Source of the DNA: an uncultured delta proteobacterium
GTDB taxonomy: Bacteria > Desulfobacterota > Desulfomonilia > UBA1062
Direction: 5' to 3'
Length of the DNA: 64,000 bases
Assembly: GCA_963752595.1 (NCBI GenBank)
Contig: CAVVYZ010000017.1
Span: 192,001 to 256,000, forward strand
Below, piece by piece: positions 59,146 to 64,000 of this stretch. A program made the position numbers and the translations under genes. The stretch's first letter is position 1, and the number at the start of each line of letters is the position of its first letter. The notes under the pieces are model-generated. The model was not told the DNA's origin. It worked only from the letters and a program-made list of their open reading frames with translations, and made no database searches.

Positions 59146-61061
59146 GCGGGTATTTTTATATCACGACTCCCATTTATTACGTGAATGCAAAGCCGCACCT
59201 CGGCCATGTCTATACTACGGTGATCGCCGATGTCATGACCAGATATCATAAGCTGATGGGAGAACAGGTTTTCTTCCTTACCGGCACCGACGAGCACGGC
59301 GATAAGATCGTGGAAACCGCAAAAAATCTTGACACGACGGCTAAAAAGCTTGCCGACGAGAACAGCGCGCGGTTCAGAGACCTGTGGCCCGAGCTGCAGA
59401 TTAACTACAGCCGCTTTATCCGGACCACCGAGCCGGATCACATCCGGACCGTCCAGGCCATCCTCCAGGATGTCTATGACAAGGGCGACATCTATTTCGG
59501 CGAATATGGCGGGCATTACTGCATCGGGTGCGAGCGGTTCTTCACGGAAACCGAGATGGTGGACGGGAAATGCCCGATCCATGACAAGGAGCTCGTGTAC
59601 CGGCAGGAGCAGAACTATTTCTTCAAGATGGAGAAGTACCGGTCGTGGCTCATCGAGTATATCCACAACAATCCGGAATTCATCAGGCCGGAGAGGTATA
59701 AGAACGAGGTCCTGGGAATGCTCCGGGAGCCGCTGGACGATCTGTGCATCTCGAGGCCGAAGACGCGTCTTACCTGGGGGATCGAGCTGCCGTTCGACAA
59801 TAACTACGTGTGCTACGTCTGGTTCGATGCCCTGATCAACTATCTCACAGGGATCGGGTATCCGGATGGCGGGCAGTTCAAGGAGTTCTGGAGGGCTGCA
59901 CAGCATATCGTGGGCAAGGACATACTCAAGCCCCATGCCGTGTACTGGCCGACCATGCTCAAAGCGACAGGCATCGAGCCCTACCGGCATCTCAATGTCC
60001 ATGGGTTCTGGAATGTGGATGCTGCCAAGATGTCCAAGAGTCTCGGCAACGTCGTTGACCCGCTTGACCTCAAAGGGAAATACGGGGTCGATGCTTTCCG
60101 GTATTTCCTCATCCGGGAGATGGTCTTCGGGCTGGATTCGAATTTTTCCGAAGAGGCACTTATCGAGAGATATAACGCAGATCTGGCAAACGACCTCGGA
60201 AATCTGGTGAGCAGGAGTACGAGGATGGTCGCCAAGTATTTCGACGGCATCCTCCCGGACGGAAACGGCCCTCTCCAGGAAGATGACAGGGGATTGAGGG
60301 ATCTGGCTGTGAAGGTCGTGGCCGATTACAAGGCAAGGATGGAGAGTTTCGAGCTTCACAACGCCATGGCAGCCGTGTGGTCGCTCATCTCCTCCATGAA
60401 CAAGTACATCGACAAGACAGCCCCGTGGACGCTGGCAAAGACCGACACGGCACGTCTCGGGGTAGTCATGTACCATCTCATGGAAGGCTTGCGGTATGTG
60501 GCGGAGCTCGTATATCCGGTCATGCCCGATACCTCGAAAAAGATATTGGGCATCCTCGGGATCGAAGGGGAATTCACGGCCCAGAACCTCGATCAATTCG
60601 GAAAGCTCCGGGCAGGAGTGAAGATCGGGCTTCAGGATGCCCTCTTCCCCAGGGTGGAACGCATGAAAAAGGAAGGCGAGGAGGCGGCACCCGAGGCGAA
60701 AGGGGAAAAAGAAAAACCGAAAGAAACGGAGAGCGGGAATCTCATCGAGATCTCCGATTTCGCCAGATGTTCCATAAAGGTCGGCAGGATCCTGGAGGCG
60801 AGCAGGGTTGAGAAGTCGGAAAAGCTCGTTGTCCTGAAGGTCGACGTAGGAAGGCAGGTGCAGATCGCTGCAGGTATCGCCAAGGCATATTCACCCGAGG
60901 AACTCGTGGGGAAATATGTTGCCGTGGTGACCAATCTGAAGCCGGCAAAGCTCATGGGCATCGAGAGTCAGGGCATGCTCCTGGCTACGGATACCCCCGA
61001 TGGAAGGCTGTCCCTCGTCACCTTTGACCGGGAGCCTGCAACAGGGGCAAGGGTTCGATAA
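59142..61061 (+). CDS. metG: methionine-tRNA ligase
   Basis: YITTPIYYVN..PHLGH, TGTDEHG, YVWFDALINY, KMSKS, C-terminal tRNA-binding OB domain. Confidence 0.97.
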   Translation: MSGYFYITTPIYYVNAKPHLGHVYTTVIADVMTRYHKLMGEQVFFLTGTDEHGDKIVETAKNLDTTAKKLADENSARFRDLWPELQINYSRFIRTTEPDHIRTVQAILQDVYDKGDIYFGEYGGHYCIGCERFFTETEMVDGKCPIHDKELVYRQEQNYFFKMEKYRSWLIEYIHNNPEFIRPERYKNEVLGMLREPLDDLCISRPKTRLTWGIELPFDNNYVCYVWFDALINYLTGIGYPDGGQFKEFWRAAQHIVGKDILKPHAVYWPTMLKATGIEPYRHLNVHGFWNVDAAKMSKSLGNVVDPLDLKGKYGVDAFRYFLIREMVFGLDSNFSEEALIERYNADLANDLGNLVSRSTRMVAKYFDGILPDGNGPLQEDDRGLRDLAVKVVADYKARMESFELHNAMAAVWSLISSMNKYIDKTAPWTLAKTDTARLGVVMYHLMEGLRYVAELVYPVMPDTSKKILGILGIEGEFTAQNLDQFGKLRAGVKIGLQDALFPRVERMKKEGEEAAPEAKGEKEKPKETESGNLIEISDFARCSIKVGRILEASRVEKSEKLVVLKVDVGRQVQIAAGIAKAYSPEELVGKYVAVVTNLKPAKLMGIESQGMLLATDTPDGRLSLVTFDREPATGARVR

Positions 61062-61080
61062 AAGGAAGAGAGGAGTCACT

Positions 61081-61434
61081 ATGCAGAAGCTTCCGATTAC
61101 CCAGGTAACACCCGGCATGGTCCTCGCGAAACCTGTCATGAGCGACAAGGGAATGCCTTTGTGCGCGGAGGGTTCAGAGCTCACCGAGATGCTCATCGAA
61201 CGTTTGAAGCAGATGAATATCCCGGTTCTCACCGTCAAAGGGCATCCGGTGGATACCGGGGTGCCGGCTAAGACGATAGAAGAAAAGATCCAGGAGATGT
61301 CCGCCAGGTTTGCCCGGGTAGAGGGTGACCCCCTCATGGGCCGGATCAGGGATGCGATTGCTGATGCGATGAGTGCAGAGGCAAGCGAAATACAGGAACG
61401 GGAAGCAGAAGAGAATAAGGAGATCGGCGAATGA
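61081..61434 (+). CDS. hypothetical protein (PGMVLAKPV...G..L...G.ELT family)
   Basis: RBS GAGGAG; motif resembles the N-terminal module of HD-GYP proteins; coupled to the HDOD gene. Confidence 0.7.
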   Translation: MQKLPITQVTPGMVLAKPVMSDKGMPLCAEGSELTEMLIERLKQMNIPVLTVKGHPVDTGVPAKTIEEKIQEMSARFARVEGDPLMGRIRDAIADAMSAEASEIQEREAEENKEIGE

Positions 61435-62261
61435 GCAAGGCCGAAAAGATCAAGGCTATTACAAAGCGGATACAGAGCCTGCCGACCTTGCCCCCGGTGG
61501 TGAGGAAACTGACCACCATGGTGGAAAGCCCTGATGTTACGGCAAAGGAAGTGGGAAAGCTCATCTCGTCCGATCAGGTCCTGAGTGCAAAGGTCCTCAA
61601 GCTCGTGAACTCGCCTTTCTACGGCTTCCCGGGAAGGATATCGTCCATAAGCCATGCGGTGGTCCTCCTGGGCTTCAATGTAATCAAAGGCGTTGTGCTC
61701 TCCGCCTCGGTGTTCGAGATCATGGAGAAGTCCATGGTAGGACTCTGGGAGCACTCGCTGGGCTCTGCGATCATTTCCGGCGCTATCAGCAGGGAACTCG
61801 GGTTGCACGAGCCCGAAGAGATATCCACGGCCGCCCTTCTCCACGACATCGGCAAGGTCCTCGTCCGTGTCTCCCTGAGTGCGGATTACGACCGGATAAC
61901 CATGATCGTGGAAGAAAAAGGGTGCTCTTTCAGGGAGGCTGAAGTCGATGTGATCGGTGTCGACCATTCCGAGATCGGATTATGGCTTTCCCAGGAATGG
62001 GGATTGCCGGAGCGGCTTGTTATTCCAATTTCCTATCACCACGAGCCTGAGAGCGCTGTGAAGCTCAAAGAACGGGTTTCCGTGGTTCATATCGCCGACA
62101 GCCTGGTCCGAGCGTTCGGGGTGGGCTTTGGAGGAGACAAATGGGTGGGCAGGATATCCTCGACGGCATGGGAATATATAGGGATGCCCAGGCTCGATCT
62201 CCCGAAGCTCATGCGAAAGATCATCGTCGACCTGGAAGAGGTTGAAAATTTCCAGTTGTAA
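61431..62261 (+). CDS. HDOD domain protein
   Basis: LPTLP, DQVLSAKVLKLVNSPFYG, LWEHS, ALLHDIGK, W.LP, YHHEP. Confidence 0.92.
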   Translation: MSKAEKIKAITKRIQSLPTLPPVVRKLTTMVESPDVTAKEVGKLISSDQVLSAKVLKLVNSPFYGFPGRISSISHAVVLLGFNVIKGVVLSASVFEIMEKSMVGLWEHSLGSAIISGAISRELGLHEPEEISTAALLHDIGKVLVRVSLSADYDRITMIVEEKGCSFREAEVDVIGVDHSEIGLWLSQEWGLPERLVIPISYHHEPESAVKLKERVSVVHIADSLVRAFGVGFGGDKWVGRISSTAWEYIGMPRLDLPKLMRKIIVDLEEVENFQL

Positions 62262-62275
62262 AGGGAGGAACATAC

Positions 62276-63199
62276 GTGAAAATGGTCGTAATCGTAAAAG
62301 AGAGACTTGACGACTATCTCTCATCCATCATCTCTACGATCTTCGATTCGATACAGGTGATCCGGAGCGACGAAGACATTTCATCCCTCATCTACATGGA
62401 TCCGCCGGATCTCATCCTCATAGACCGGACATATCTCAAGGAGCACGACAGCAAGATTATCGAAGAGTTCAGGAGCAATACGATCTACGGGCATCTGCCA
62501 ATGGTGGCTGTCTATACCAGGGATGATCTCTCTGAAGTATCGGCAGTCGACATACCCATCGACGACTTCATCATCCTCGACAATTCCGAGATCGAGATCA
62601 GGCGCAGGCTCGAGTTCGATACCAAGAGGGCGGTACGGGAGATGGACACCAACCCGCTCACGAGATTACCCGGGAACGAATCCATTATCCGCTGCATCCA
62701 GCAGATGTTCGATCAGGAAAAAGAAATCGCCATGGCTTGGGTGGATCTCGACAATTTCAAGCCCTACAATGACCGGTACGGGTTCTCTGGCGGCGACGAA
62801 GTGCTCCTGGCAACGGCGCGCATCCTCGCCAATGCCGTTAAGGAAATCAAGCAGGACGATACCTTTGTCGGCCATGTGGGAGGGGATGATTTCGTGTTCA
62901 TATGTCCCGTCGGCAATGCGAGGCTTCTCTGCGAGGAGATCATCTCGCGCTTCGATATGGTGATCCGGAATTTTTACAATGACGAAGACCTGGAGCAGAA
63001 CGGGATCATTTCGACATCAAGAAACGGTGAGACCAGCAGATTTCCGATCATGACCGTGTCCATTGCGGTAGTCATGAACGATAAGAGCCACTACAAACAC
63101 TACGGTGAAGCCTCCCGGGATGCCACGGACATCAAGAAGTACGTCAAGGGACTCGACGGGAGCAACTACATGATCGACAGGAGGGGAAAACCGAGGTGA
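62276..63199 (+). CDS. diguanylate cyclase (degenerate receiver plus GGDEF)
   Basis: NPLTRLPGN, DLDNFKPYNDRYG..GDEVL, GHVGGDDF. Confidence 0.88.
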   Translation: MKMVVIVKERLDDYLSSIISTIFDSIQVIRSDEDISSLIYMDPPDLILIDRTYLKEHDSKIIEEFRSNTIYGHLPMVAVYTRDDLSEVSAVDIPIDDFIILDNSEIEIRRRLEFDTKRAVREMDTNPLTRLPGNESIIRCIQQMFDQEKEIAMAWVDLDNFKPYNDRYGFSGGDEVLLATARILANAVKEIKQDDTFVGHVGGDDFVFICPVGNARLLCEEIISRFDMVIRNFYNDEDLEQNGIISTSRNGETSRFPIMTVSIAVVMNDKSHYKHYGEASRDATDIKKYVKGLDGSNYMIDRRGKPR

Positions 63200-64000
63200 T
63201 CAAACGGTATACAAGACAGACCATGGAGCGCATCTGGTCCGATGAAAACCGGTACCGGAAGTGGCTCGATGTGGAGATGGCGGTGTGCGAGGCCTGGGCC
63301 TCGCTGGGGAAGATCCCAAAGGAAAGCCTCGATACCATCAGGAGCAAGTCGAGGTTCACTGTGGAAAGGATCGAAGAGATCGAAGAAATCACCAAGCATG
63401 ATGTGATCGCTTTTGTTTCTTGTGTGGCGGAATATGTCGGTGATGATGCCAGGTTCATCCATATGGGCATGACCTCTTCCGATGTCCTGGATACCGCATT
63501 GGCGTTGCAGCTCAAAGAAAGCGGACACATCCTCCTCGATGATATCAAGGCTCTCATGGCGGCACTCAAGAAGAGGGCCTTCGAGTTCAAATATACCCCG
63601 GTCATGGGGAGATCACACGGCATCCATGCAGAGCCGACCACTTTCGGCCTGAAATTCGCCTTGTGGTATGCCGAGATGGAGAGAAACCTCAAGCGCATGG
63701 AAGATGCCGTCGAGGTGATCTCGTACGGCAAGATATCCGGTGCGGTGGGGACCTTTGCCAATATCCCTCCCGTTGTTGAGGAATATGCATGCAAAAGGCT
63801 CGGGTTGAAGCCCGCCCCGGTCAGTACCCAGATTATCCAGAGGGACCGGCATGCCCAGTTTTTCACCACGATCGCCATCATCGGGTCGACCCTGGAAAAG
63901 ATCGCCACCGAGATACGCCATCTCCAGAGGACCGAGGTCCTAGAGGCCACGGAGCCCTTCGGTAAAGGACAGAAGGGATCATCCGCCATGCCCCACAAGA
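63196..64000 (+). CDS. purB: adenylosuccinate lyase (partial, runs off window end)
   Basis: GTG start, MIKRYTR..M..IWSDEN, TKHDVIAF, HMGMTSSD, GRSHGIHAEPTTFG, GQKGSSAMPHK. Confidence 0.95.
   Translation, partial: MIKRYTRQTMERIWSDENRYRKWLDVEMAVCEAWASLGKIPKESLDTIRSKSRFTVERIEEIEEITKHDVIAFVSCVAEYVGDDARFIHMGMTSSDVLDTALALQLKESGHILLDDIKALMAALKKRAFEFKYTPVMGRSHGIHAEPTTFGLKFALWYAEMERNLKRMEDAVEVISYGKISGAVGTFANIPPVVEEYACKRLGLKPAPVSTQIIQRDRHAQFFTTIAIIGSTLEKIATEIRHLQRTEVLEATEPFGKGQKGSSAMPHK

Noticed and set aside
58992-60596. Long antisense ORFs (e.g. 534 aa opposite metG; also 4678..5430, 18464..19336, 63144..63998)
   Set aside because: These are shadow frames of well-supported genes on the opposite strand and carry no motifs.
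62276-63199. Hypr-type (cGAMP-producing) GGDEF
   Set aside because: The base-specifying Asp is retained (GGDEVL), not replaced by Ser/Thr.

Overview
This is a ~54%-GC-looking bacterial window whose gene content and order resemble Deltaproteobacteria/Desulfobacterota (inference). It has three parts. (1) Positions 1-3.9 kb hold the end of a nickel-pincer cofactor cluster (larC tail, larB, larE) and small genes. (2) Positions ~4-32.3 kb look like an accessory stress and energy island: a UPF0182 protein, an M50-CBS protease, and a co-directional run of a complete Na+-type N-ATPase operon (atpDCQRBEFAG) followed by pfkB, a D-2-hydroxyacid dehydrogenase, a SlyD-like PPIase, an Fpg/Nei glycosylase, a GalT-like enzyme, treT and polX. 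Upstream of that run is an unusual regulatory block: a hybrid PAS histidine kinase, a sigma54 enhancer-binding response regulator, a stand-alone copy of that regulator's HTH, and an operon of a small protein, a protease-less Walker-A-less LonB-like AAA protein and an atypical RpoH-like sigma factor. By eye I find five sigma54-like promoters with non-canonical -12 boxes, and a recurrent TGTCC-N9-GGACA palindrome ~75-100 bp upstream of four of them. This suggests an undescribed sigma54 -> alternative-sigma cascade. (3) Positions 32.6-64 kb are mostly housekeeping genes (amrS, tsaC, purE/D/H/C/B, thrC, metK, ahcY, acyl-CoA dehydrogenase, kdsD, rimO, glgC, exbBD, PSP1, metG, HDOD, GGDEF), plus an MCP and one IS5-family element. 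Many core genes at ~35-48 kb and ~53-56 kb are broken by indels, most likely sequencing/assembly errors. I saw no rRNA, tRNA or CRISPR array.
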